IMG/VR virus record: IMGVR_UViG_3300028886_000089
Span: 5,080-69,079 of that record
Strand: one strand, 5' to 3'
DNA: 64,000 bases
Source: a virus
Taxonomy: Duplodnaviria > Caudoviricetes
The position numbers and the translations under genes are program-made. The notes under the pieces are model-generated. The model ran no database searches. It had not been told where the DNA came from and worked only from the letters and a program-made list of their open reading frames with translations. Shown piece after piece: positions 56,201-62,843 of this stretch. The number at the start of each line of letters is the position of its first letter. The first letter of the stretch is position 1.

Positions 56201-57553
56201 ACGCTTCGCTGAAGTTTCATTTAACTCCATATTAAAACCACGAAGCGCCGCAGTCATCATGTCGGTAGTTTCTGCATAATCAAGGCCAGCAATACGAGCC
56301 ATCTTCATGGTTTCTGCACCAAGTTCGAAAGCTTGTTGCTGTTCCAAACCCTGTTGATAATACAGAGTCATTGTTTCATAAGCACCTTGAGTAGTAGCTC
56401 CTAATTGATTAGCAACCCTTGTATATTCAGGTAACATACCCCATAAATCACTAACCTTATAATCAGTAACTACTGCAGTTTCTGTCATTGCTTTATCAAG
56501 TTCTTTAACAGATTGAACTGCTTCATCAATTCCCCTCTTTAAAAGGTTTATCATATTTCTTAAACTAAAGAAATATTGAGTTGATTGCTGAAGTTGCTCT
56601 ACCTGTTGCGCTGCAGACATAGATTGTTGAGCGAAGCCGCGCGCAGCCTCAGCGCACTGATCATAGCCTTGCTTTAATTGGTTTGCATCTTGAGCTTGTT
56701 TAGCAAGATTGTTATTATAATTACGTTCACCAATTTTTTCAAGTTCACTCTTTTTATCAACAGCATCACTTAATGATTTAGTTACTTGTTTAAGTTCTGC
56801 GTCGTCAGCTGATAAAACAGTACGTAATTTTTCAAAACCTTGATGTAGTAATGAAACATGTTCTCCACTCTTATATAAATCTTCGGCACTCTTATTAAAT
56901 TGAATAAGCCCCATTTGTTGAAAAGTCTTAAGCAATCCAACGCTTGCACCCTTTAATTTAGTGGCCTGCTGTTCAATTTGAGTTAAACCCTTGGCTGCAT
57001 CAGTAAAATTACCACTTTTAACACTATTCGTCATTTCCTTCATAGAAGCGGATACAGTTTTTGAACTTTTAACTGCACGCTCCATATCGGAAACTAACTC
57101 ATTTAATCCTATATCAACTTTACCTTTTGTAGGACTACTAAACTCAAACTTAATAGAGCCAAGTTTATTTTGTACATCTTGTTTTAACTGGTCTATATCT
57201 TTTTGAGCATTTTTGATAGCTGTAGCATCGGCCTCAAGATATATTTTTTTACCAGAAAGCTCATCATAAACTTTAGATAATTCTGAAAAAGAACTTTTAA
57301 TAGTTTTTTCTAATTTTTCTAACTGTTTTAAATCAGTTTTTGTATTAACCCCTTTTTCCATTAACTCTTTATATTTAGTTAATGAATCTTTCAATTTATC
57401 AAATTGTTTTAAGGCATCACCTGTTAAATTAGCTGGTAATTTTAAACCATTAAAAGCACCCTGCATACTTTTGACGCCATTTAATACGCCACTAACATCC
57501 ATATTGGCAGCTACAGTAACCCCTACAGTTGCTTGACCTCCACCTGGTGCCAT
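47261..57553 (-). CDS. Tail tape measure protein (3430 aa)
   Basis: TMP signature (LDKAMTETAVV..ARIAGLD..TAALRGF..AVTASDT..QRTASIA), long helical composition, C-terminal GGLADYTGPAWLDGTPSKPELVLNA. Confidence 0.92.
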   Translation of the reverse strand: MAPGGGQATVGVTVAANMDVSGVLNGVKSMQGAFNGLKLPANLTGDALKQFDKLKDSLTKYKELMEKGVNTKTDLKQLEKLEKTIKSSFSELSKVYDELSGKKIYLEADATAIKNAQKDIDQLKQDVQNKLGSIKFEFSSPTKGKVDIGLNELVSDMERAVKSSKTVSASMKEMTNSVKSGNFTDAAKGLTQIEQQATKLKGASVGLLKTFQQMGLIQFNKSAEDLYKSGEHVSLLHQGFEKLRTVLSADDAELKQVTKSLSDAVDKKSELEKIGERNYNNNLAKQAQDANQLKQGYDQCAEAARGFAQQSMSAAQQVEQLQQSTQYFFSLRNMINLLKRGIDEAVQSVKELDKAMTETAVVTDYKVSDLWGMLPEYTRVANQLGATTQGAYETMTLYYQQGLEQQQAFELGAETMKMARIAGLDYAETTDMMTAALRGFNMELNETSAKRVNDVYSELAAITASDTEELGTAMQRTASIAASAGASFEGTTAFLAQAIETTREPAENIGTAMKTIVARFQEMKKNPLEISEVDGEEVDYNKIDAALKTIGVDLKDTNGQFREFDQVMLDISAKWDTLSQSQQRYIATTAAGSRQQSRFIAMVSNYDRTMQLMEAANNSAGASDEQFGKTMDSLESKLNQLHNAWQQFTMGIANNNMIKLAVDGLTGFLNITNKIIDTLSMGSGAIKSFLSVFAAFTGLKMAGRGANALIGGLGGLVDPKSSVKEGLKVGLFGQGKNANQAKAITTPIVGSLSKISGQIAAIAKRQGIKGAGQKGSTAGVKETSKEDYANTKKLFSQLSGKEGFKMGDTSKLFGNLDAKHQLSMFNNSPGTKLAMKQASLNWFNSKGLSKELTNEGRQFINSIYKGMSQGQIPVDKGIELIGQPQKWGQYFGTDMAKGFSSSFARESTQQAHQQAMQYLVGNPDAYGFRSNEFKDWYNNQATDAQKEAYAKYFRQAIDKRQGHGEAKGVVSDMGRFANDIGAIADKFTQAGYGISAFGNALSQLGGPLGVVGNGIAVFGGAISTIGASISGATGIISLFTVGITDATGAVVVAGSTIAAVAAPLAALAAGFLLVRHHIKQVKEAGAEVTETFKETSKTAEDNIAKLKSYQSEFAQLSKGVDSNGYNVSLDDSQYQRYLEIVDDIAAINPEIVEGYNAQGHAIINNNKALAETLKKQQEIRDEAYKTYTEQDSLQKLINARNISSEYRNSIVNPTSSKAEDAGLINNKKTPFAADVRNIADLLGLSVGVKDFDFTKYGIDSLDALKNGEEKAVQNFVKHRQQIETDLSNSGVKLSDAVIKGFDKLGEDSAAFDAAIQPVYDNLLANVSNSKVFESIAPEFRNALNMGLKDLASQDLSGSEMIKAANNMAARFADLTTGSGKYQDALDKVEEAQQEFATTLNETEYKANVEPAIQDLIKLKQEALDEGSAYGDALAEYLENQIQRISNFTKEGGANLTEALNTATDEIAAAEGALDSFNEATKRDYSTAAEGMRSIFDKTTETYKDIYGSEIQKHAEGMGDATFWTGAEALLSGKEIERLTKGKDGYEAAEAVAKKIKGLEPMLREGQDGFDAFTDRVLENADAMDKLAEAGVTYDKESGLITNIPDDQWHNVAEALGISDDLLTSMLNKGRQFADISFMNVEDARKALAASDYSIKGTQAAPGEQQNLYVKEDTLRSELANAGYVRKEQQDEQIAKLLNEGVKTIPADASQLSPKDLDSMAKDWGVSTLPDLIQTLNETGDFTKDEIKNYADQLGLLGSDAQYDDLYSSIIEAAENPELVKQTGVLETISAQVAALADTRTGKEAKEDYDEAHKELVGGKGIDTQAQAFAKGKKLDENGKLVDLSAGEYEQTKASMQEVANSFRETAAIAAEKVKITSGAEQDYWKQVQKGAEADAARTDKYIQMADEAMKKRADAEKQETEGRQKEVEARNKARQTEQDAAEAAAKEANKNAQERGKTQTEREQNKPVTESEGKTARDEGRVKEAQQQRQKELEEANKQRWEAENKRAQAAAAAEKKATEDNLKTQKTLQEQGEIEGQKLKQRYEAEEQARKRKNIEERSQLEGEKLAERARQEQEAQRQAQLASQDQGRAQGRALSAEQTAVQAEDIQGKTDYLLRTSINTSLKTALDNLDPAQIASDPAQSQAFTNLYKDLINGSLPKAEDLQTLGIFGQLDSQYQDQITGALEEKTSILGEKISAAYQAFAQADKAALAMDVVPADDNVSKAITTVGQRLKNWWDKINNVNSEANTSSNIAPTVNTGAQAVANVAKNVAQESQSKFSVDTSESEAKLTNLKTQVDNTVSTIQQGATFKINVNDSGLTNAAKQAESLTKASNNKNINVTASGADGANKLSAAVKDFSKLNNKTINLTAKTSGLSGVQSLTSAVQAFHRLTDKTITLKTIKETVTKEATGAHNHGYFPAPSMGSAARGSYGQLGPKGKGGLTLTGELGYEIAWLPSENRSMILGANGPQMVNLPGDAVVWTHEQSKRILKQKSIPAGSHADMSAKASSYKKKGSTTTTTSGGGNKNTQNKNTDTKKAAKQIEKTFKDIGDKVYKVTVWWENIARSTQDTQRIMDRAAKDFEKYTKDIRATLRKTGESVASGGGGGDDYIKNIKEYQKLNEQQRDRAKLELDALESSGLNKKATKKQRKKEYKKGNVAVEEISYKKGKKSKTDYIDLSKYIKNGQVDEKALKKIKSSAKRKAVAEAASKALNDERSKKQSAEDAIEKAQEALEKFGEELYNTFFAWENELTKIWNITQKIAEAENHINRAKSYTELLDAKVGSGIQKAVDVSQASIDAFSTQVQSQATNLQNNIEALGEERDDLRRTMSLADEKATLTAIQGYLKTNKGPDGRTLNETDRKGYLNWGEKLEKQINTLDDAWKYLTVTQRADGTLDTKFNTASFEADRQAGLINDEKAKAIQDYVKSLVDKSDAINNRMDTITSSTAEFYNELKTLKDEWAGYANQLWEISDAEQKKELDNFKKLSDSLDSAFKNLLDGVKRKLDERRQQEDNTKTERDISQKQQRLAMLQADTSGGHQVEIAQLQQEIANAQQDYQRSLEDQMLDKLQQQADQAAQQREQQIELQSATIDAINNASLVNQWLADPKNPDNKQAMYEAFMAANEADTKPDAIKEQLERQFEELYLGIITNKDKQDALYSSDQAQNQIINQIEDGTIKIANWSGQESGILDSIKAGIDGLNSSGSSVSLSNGGKVTEGGTKAISTPSTSNSAPAPAAKPNPLNAYKAKVQAAQSNKKMGANEFKSVVAHAKAAGISMTQMGKDLAKTKGLTWKQVVKAAKKAGYSKATVTSWWGNVSNKSKNAIKDWSKYATGGLADYTGPAWLDGTPSKPELVLNAKDTQNFLALRDVLSKAIGSTNSINNSYGGDNIFEINVNVDKIEKDYDVDRVIEKVKKEITKGAGYRNVTQVRNFR

Positions 57554-57577
57554 TCTTTTTTCCTCCTAATTTTTTCA

Positions 57578-57610
57578 ATAAAAAATGACGTTAATTAAAA
57601 ATTAACGCCA
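57578..57610 (-). terminator. Intrinsic terminator
   Basis: TGGCGTTAAT-loop-ATTAACGTCA followed by a T tract on -. Confidence 0.65.
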
Positions 57611-58408
57611 TTCGGAATCTCTATCTATATCCTCATCTAAATAATATATCTCTAAGGCTTTTGAAGTTTTACGCCCACCAACAGATAAAGCCGTTCCTTT
57701 AAATTGTCCTACTATTGGCTGCGCATTTTGTCCTAAAGTGAGATTGAAATCTGACGTAATTTTTAATTTCGGAATGTAGATAATTGCAGTATGAGTTTCA
57801 CCAGTTATATCATCTTTAATTCTTGATCTACCCTCTAAAGTTAAAAAACCATCAAAGATTTCTTCACCAATTAACTCAACATCTGCACCATTATCATATC
57901 CATATTCATAATCTACAACAACTTCTTTATAGATTAAGGGAGTTTGTAATATACCTTGAGTTTTATCTACCCAAGTTAAATCTGTCAGCTTCTCACCTGT
58001 TTCTCTATTATAAACAAAAATCCACGAATCTATAGGTACGTGGGTTAATGTAATTTTCCCCTCATCATCGGTCTCAAGTTCGTCTCGTTGCGCTATTCGA
58101 ATTCTTTTTCCCTCGTTTATAGAAAGGACCCGCGCATTATGCATAAGACCTAATTGTGTTTTTGAAAACACACCTTGTGTGAAAATTAAATTTACTCCCT
58201 CAGTCCTGTCCCAAATTACTAATTTCTTATTTTGGTAGCCACCTTGTGCGGCTATTTCTTTATTTATTTCTTGAAAATTAGCAATTTGAATCTTATCAAA
58301 TGCTGCGACCACTTCACCAGCCGCATATTGAACTCCTTTTATCTCTATAGGATAAGTGGATTTTAACTGCACTGAATACAGTTCTTGCATACCGAATTCA
58401 TTATCCAT
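57602..58408 (-). CDS. Tail tube protein paralogue (minor tube)
   Basis: AQGGYQNKKLVIWD..FSKTQLGLM aligns by eye with ARGGKGNVKLLTWD..FSAKSLGIM of 58477-59490. Confidence 0.6.
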   Translation of the reverse strand: MDNEFGMQELYSVQLKSTYPIEIKGVQYAAGEVVAAFDKIQIANFQEINKEIAAQGGYQNKKLVIWDRTEGVNLIFTQGVFSKTQLGLMHNARVLSINEGKRIRIAQRDELETDDEGKITLTHVPIDSWIFVYNRETGEKLTDLTWVDKTQGILQTPLIYKEVVVDYEYGYDNGADVELIGEEIFDGFLTLEGRSRIKDDITGETHTAIIYIPKLKITSDFNLTLGQNAQPIVGQFKGTALSVGGRKTSKALEIYYLDEDIDRDSEWR

Positions 58409-58419
58409 TGAAGTCTCCT

Positions 58420-58453
58420 AAAATAAAATGAGGAGAGACGTTGCCGCCTCTCC
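58420..58453 (-). terminator. Intrinsic terminator after the major tail gene
   Basis: GGAGAGGCG-GCAA-CGTCTCTCC followed by a T-rich tract on -. Confidence 0.8.
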
Positions 58454-58476
58454 ACCATTAAAGTTCGTTTTATTAA

Positions 58477-59490
58477 TTAATTCTCATCAGTAATATTAGC
58501 GCCTTCAGTTAATGAACCACTAGCTGATGTAATAGTTGAAGCATCCCAAGCATCACCAGAAGATACTGCTGCATAAGCTGCACGCTGATTTGGACCATTA
58601 TAATGATCTAATACAGAAGCAACACCTTTATTCTTAATAGCATCACCAGTACCACTCTCACCAAGGCTGTATTTAACAAGTTTAACCATTGAACCATCAT
58701 TAGCTTTTAAGCACTGAACAGTCATAGCAAATTCTGCTGGATCACCATCAGCTTCCATTGTAAGACTTACATCCTCGGCAGAAACCTTACCCTTTGGAAT
58801 AATAAATTGTAAAAATTCATCTTGACCAGACTGGAAGTTTCTAGCATATGTATCGCCAGTAATATAATAAGTGTTTGAATTGAAATTAGAAGTAATATCA
58901 ATTGTAATACCATTTGATACAATACCAGTTGAACCAATACTACCATCTGCAGCAACAGTTACAGCATCAAGTAAATCAAAAGTAACAAAATCCCATGGGT
59001 CTGGAGTACCTTTTGTAGCATTTGCAACAGTTACAGGGGATGGATCAGTTTCGCCTGTAGCATATACAAAATAAGTACATTTAGTTTTATCAATTGCATA
59101 AGTAACGTCTTTAATGCTAAATTTCCAATAATTTGTTGAATTACTACCAGTAGCAGAAGTAACATCACTAAACTTTAAAGTTTTTAATACTTCTTGACCA
59201 CCAACAGAATTATCTTTCATAGTACCACCGAACATGATACCAAGAGATTTAGCACTAAATAAAGCGTCTGTAAGCTCTAATGTAAGTTCTTTATTAGTAT
59301 CCCAAGTAAGTAACTTAACATTACCCTTACCACCTCTAGCATCTACTGTTTCTGAACTCTGGCTCAGTGTAGAAGTCTTCAGAGTATCAAGATAAAGTAC
59401 AGGAGCAGAAGGAGCACCCTTAGAGTCAAGCTCATAGAACATGACGTCAGCGACTTCTTTGATAGCATATTTATCAAGAATAATTGCCAT
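58477..59490 (-). CDS. Major tail tube protein
   Basis: YAIKEVAD..LYLDTLK..DARGGKGN.KL..WD..GKV..DVSLTMEADGDP. Confidence 0.75.
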   Translation of the reverse strand: MAIILDKYAIKEVADVMFYELDSKGAPSAPVLYLDTLKTSTLSQSSETVDARGGKGNVKLLTWDTNKELTLELTDALFSAKSLGIMFGGTMKDNSVGGQEVLKTLKFSDVTSATGSNSTNYWKFSIKDVTYAIDKTKCTYFVYATGETDPSPVTVANATKGTPDPWDFVTFDLLDAVTVAADGSIGSTGIVSNGITIDITSNFNSNTYYITGDTYARNFQSGQDEFLQFIIPKGKVSAEDVSLTMEADGDPAEFAMTVQCLKANDGSMVKLVKYSLGESGTGDAIKNKGVASVLDHYNGPNQRAAYAAVSSGDAWDASTITSASGSLTEGANITDEN

Positions 59491-59503
59491 ATTAAATAGC
59501 CTC

Positions 59504-60268
59504 CTATAATTCTTTTTCGTCTATATTTTTTATCCAATATTTTGGTTTTACTTTTTTACTATCCGCGCCAGCAAGAAGTGCTCGAATATCTATATCATAT
59601 TCTTCCTTCTGCTGCTCCATGGCTATTAACCAATGAACGCACGCATAGCTTATCTCTCCAATATTAAGTGGATTTAATCCAATACCCATACAACAAATTG
59701 CCGTTAACAAAGTTCCAAAAGTTGGCGCATTTTTTTGTTTTTTCTTTTTAAGAATTTCCTCGCTTTGTTTAATTTTCATTTTATAGCGTTTAATACGTGG
59801 ATCTAAATTTTCTTCTTCTGGGTCTGGAGGTTTTTCCATTTCCACACCTACAACCTGTCGTATCATATTTTGAAATTCAAAATAATTTTCTTCTGTTAAA
59901 AGTCTAGGTTCTTCTAAGTCCACATCTGGGTCTAATTCGTCTTCACTTTTACCAATTAGTAACATCTCAATTTCCGGCACAATTGTCACCGGCTCATGTA
60001 TAAATTGATTAAAAGCTTCATGTATTTTTTCTCTCACCTTGTCATCTTGATAATAATTTATTAACAAATATTGAAATGGTGTAGGAACTTGATTAACCCT
60101 TTCATCTTGGAGAAATGCTTTATCTAATTCCTCTTGTGTCATTGTAAATAACGACTGATAAATCCCAAAATCTTTATTTCCAACTACATCATTTACGGTT
60201 GGGGGATATATTTGACATATGCCTTTAAAATCAATTGGAAAACCAAGTAGAATCCTCTCATCAATCAT
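59504..60268 (-). CDS. Tail assembly chaperone-like protein
   Basis: Position; C-terminal ICCMGIGLNPLNIGEISY..DIDIRALLAGA. Confidence 0.5.
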   Translation of the reverse strand: MIDERILLGFPIDFKGICQIYPPTVNDVVGNKDFGIYQSLFTMTQEELDKAFLQDERVNQVPTPFQYLLINYYQDDKVREKIHEAFNQFIHEPVTIVPEIEMLLIGKSEDELDPDVDLEEPRLLTEENYFEFQNMIRQVVGVEMEKPPDPEEENLDPRIKRYKMKIKQSEEILKKKKQKNAPTFGTLLTAICCMGIGLNPLNIGEISYACVHWLIAMEQQKEEYDIDIRALLAGADSKKVKPKYWIKNIDEKEL

Positions 60269-60752
60269 ATGATGTCAAAACGAAAGTTTGTTCATAAGCA
60301 GAAATTTCTTCGGTTAAAAAATTTAAACTGAAATCTCCACCCGTTAACTTTCCTAATCCTTCAATTTTCTTTCCATTTAAAGACTTCTGTACTTCCCCCA
60401 TAATCGCAAAAGGTCTTAGATTTGTGTCTTTAATTATCCATTGAGTCATTGGAACAAATACTTCAATACTAATATTTACATTTTTAAACTCATTATTTGA
60501 TGCCAACCCACGCGCCCGCGCGATACGAACAGCAATAATTGAGTGAGCAGTTTCTTTTGGACCGACACGCGGCACAATTTTAACTAATTTTTCAAATATC
60601 TCATCTTGTATTTGTTCTTGAGTCAAATCATCATGACTCAATGGGTCTTTATCTGTATAATACAGTAATTTAAGTAAATTCTGATTAGCTAGAAGTCTTT
60701 TTACTATATATTGTGCATTTATACCAATATCAGTACAATTTCTTACGTTCAT
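60261..60752 (-). CDS. Tail terminator/completion protein (putative)
   Basis: Position in the neck module. Confidence 0.5.
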   Translation of the reverse strand: MNVRNCTDIGINAQYIVKRLLANQNLLKLLYYTDKDPLSHDDLTQEQIQDEIFEKLVKIVPRVGPKETAHSIIAVRIARARGLASNNEFKNVNISIEVFVPMTQWIIKDTNLRPFAIMGEVQKSLNGKKIEGLGKLTGGDFSLNFLTEEISAYEQTFVLTSYD

Positions 60753-61477
60753 GCTTCACCTCCTCGATTCAGCCAATAGAAATCATCAGCGTTATCATCA
60801 TCATCTTGAACCGGAGGCTCACTATTATCTCTTATATATTGTGGATCTACTGATACAAATTCAACTCCAGGAGTTGATTGTATATCATAGCCCGTCACTA
60901 CATAAGCTTCTGTAAGTTTGCCTTGAGTGACTTCTAAATAATCGTCCTTTCTTATGTTTTCATTTAGTGGTATAATAAAGAAACTCAATTTCAGATTTTC
61001 TGTATATAAAACCTTACTTCTACTTCTTGACTTTAATTCATCTTTCAACATATTGTCTTCCTGACCATAGAAATATGCCCAAGTACTACATTTCTTACCT
61101 TGTCTATTCTTCCAAGTAAGATAATGAGTCATTTTCAAAACAATATATCTATTATAACCACTTGCTTTTATATCTTCTAAATAATAAATAAGCCAAGGAC
61201 ATAAAATATTATCTTTATCTGGGATAAATAATATAGTTCCATTCGGCATATCTAAATGAACATCAGTTAATAGATAGTGCATCGTCTTCGTTTCATTCTG
61301 CCGCATTGGTGTAAGTTCACCTTCGCGCATCACGCCTTCATACTCAAACTCTACATAATAAACCGACTTCATCAATTGCCGTCTAAAATTTTCTTCCCTT
61401 TGTCCTTGTATACGAGATTGCCAGTCTACTCCGTAATGATTTAACCTCTTTAAATACACATCCTCATAGTATCCCAT
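60749..61477 (-). CDS. Head-tail joining / stopper protein (putative)
   Basis: Position in the neck module. Confidence 0.5.
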   Translation of the reverse strand: MGYYEDVYLKRLNHYGVDWQSRIQGQREENFRRQLMKSVYYVEFEYEGVMREGELTPMRQNETKTMHYLLTDVHLDMPNGTILFIPDKDNILCPWLIYYLEDIKASGYNRYIVLKMTHYLTWKNRQGKKCSTWAYFYGQEDNMLKDELKSRSRSKVLYTENLKLSFFIIPLNENIRKDDYLEVTQGKLTEAYVVTGYDIQSTPGVEFVSVDPQYIRDNSEPPVQDDDDNADDFYWLNRGGEA

Positions 61478-61751
61478 CTTCTACCTCCCCATATTTAGAA
61501 AGTAAAGACATACAATCAAAAATTGTACTTCTAAAATACTCATACCGTAAATATCTTAAAGAGGAAACCTTATGAAATAAAGTGTAATAGTTAATAGTTC
61601 GTTCTTCAGGTTCAAAACCATATAACTCAATTAAAATTGAATCCAAGAACTTCTCCCATTCCCTTCCTTTCTCGTATTCACAAAGTAATCCGAATAGCTT
61701 ATTCTTCAAACTATTCGCATACCCTTCATCCATACCAGGAATATATTTCAT
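61464..61751 (-). CDS. Hypothetical neck-region protein
   Basis: Likely start ATG 61751 directly after the previous stop (track start 61820). Confidence 0.55.
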   Translation of the reverse strand: MKYIPGMDEGYANSLKNKLFGLLCEYEKGREWEKFLDSILIELYGFEPEERTINYYTLFHKVSSLRYLRYEYFRSTIFDCMSLLSKYGEVEDGIL

Positions 61752-61752
61752 T

Positions 61753-62181
61753 TTAATCTCCCGCCAATTGACTATAAGTAAATGGTCGTCCCTTGCGCGA
61801 GCGATAGTAAATACGCTCAAGCTTTAATGCTTTATATTCCTCTCTTTCAAGTAATTGTTTTAACTTATCTATTAAATTAGCTTGTGAAAAGTCCCTTTCC
61901 ACATACAACGGCTTAACATTTTCCCATGTCATAATTGTACGATTAAGCCATTCGCATTTCATATAGGTTGCAAGGATTTGAATCTCTTCATTACAGATAT
62001 TCTCATCTACAAACATATCGTCCTGGATTTCCAAACTAACTCTAGGAAACTTAAAATAAGGAATTGCCGCATCTAATAAGGTACGCCAATCTTGTTCTCT
62101 TTCTTCATCTGTCCAATTTAACCATTCGTCTTCAAGCATTTTTGATAAAAATGCTTCATATACGTCATAGACTGAAGCCAT
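61753..62181 (-). CDS. Head-tail adaptor (putative)
   Basis: YDVYEAFLSKM..A IPYFKFPR..EIQILA.YM..EW..R pattern; position after the capsid genes. Confidence 0.55.
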   Translation of the reverse strand: MASVYDVYEAFLSKMLEDEWLNWTDEEREQDWRTLLDAAIPYFKFPRVSLEIQDDMFVDENICNEEIQILATYMKCEWLNRTIMTWENVKPLYVERDFSQANLIDKLKQLLEREEYKALKLERIYYRSRKGRPFTYSQLAGD

Positions 62182-62182
62182 T

Positions 62183-62671
62183 TTATTTCTCCTTTACTGT
62201 GGCTTGGTCGTCCCTATTTAACTTAATGGCTTTCGTAATATCAACATCTACATATTGCTGAATAATTTCGGACTTATCATAATCCATAATCTCATTTGCA
62301 ATAGCATATGCGGCCAGTTCGTTAATTTGTTCAATTGGAAGTTCTTTTACTTTCTGTCTGAACTCTGCTACTGGCATTACCTTAAGATAACGCTTTCTTT
62401 GCTCATCATTTAGTGTAATAATGTTAACTGGTTCCTTCGCATCTTCTGGCTCAAGACCCAGCGCGATTTTAACTTCCATGTCATCAATACCGAGAATACC
62501 GTTTCTGAACATATTCTCTACTCCAGGACTATACATAGCCTCTTCTAATTGTTCAAAAGGGATTACCATAGTTGCACCTTTTCTTTCCCAAACTCTTCTA
62601 AGTCTGATGTCAGGTACAGTCAGTACAACCCTTTGTGAAACTAAACTTACAACCTTTACCTTTTTATCCAT
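62183..62671 (-). CDS. Hypothetical virion protein
   Basis: AAGGAG RBS; follows the capsid gene. Confidence 0.6.
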   Translation of the reverse strand: MDKKVKVVSLVSQRVVLTVPDIRLRRVWERKGATMVIPFEQLEEAMYSPGVENMFRNGILGIDDMEVKIALGLEPEDAKEPVNIITLNDEQRKRYLKVMPVAEFRQKVKELPIEQINELAAYAIANEIMDYDKSEIIQQYVDVDITKAIKLNRDDQATVKEK

Positions 62672-62796
62672 TTTAATACTCCTTTTAACTCCTAAGCCAT
62701 ATGTATTCTGCGGGCGGTCGCCTATGGATAAACATAGACAGCTCTATGTCGTCAACATAGACGGGCGGCCGCAGTATAAATACAACCTCAACATTT

Positions 62797-62835
62797 AAAA
62801 ATAAATATAGGGAGGGGAATGAACCCCTCCCCTAT
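62797..62835 (-). terminator. Intrinsic terminator after the capsid gene
   Basis: ATAGGGGAGGGG-TTCATT-CCCCTCCCTAT followed by ATTTATTTTT on -. Confidence 0.8.
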
Positions 62836-62843
62836 CTAACTCA

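Noticed and set aside
58350-58362. CCACTTATCC late-promoter-like match on - inside the tube paralogue
   Set aside because: It is coding sequence (STYP) about 800 nt from the next start and is probably coincidental.
59504-60268. Programmed -1 frameshift in the tail chaperone
   Set aside because: It is a single 254-aa ORF with no convincing slippery site followed by an extended alternate frame.
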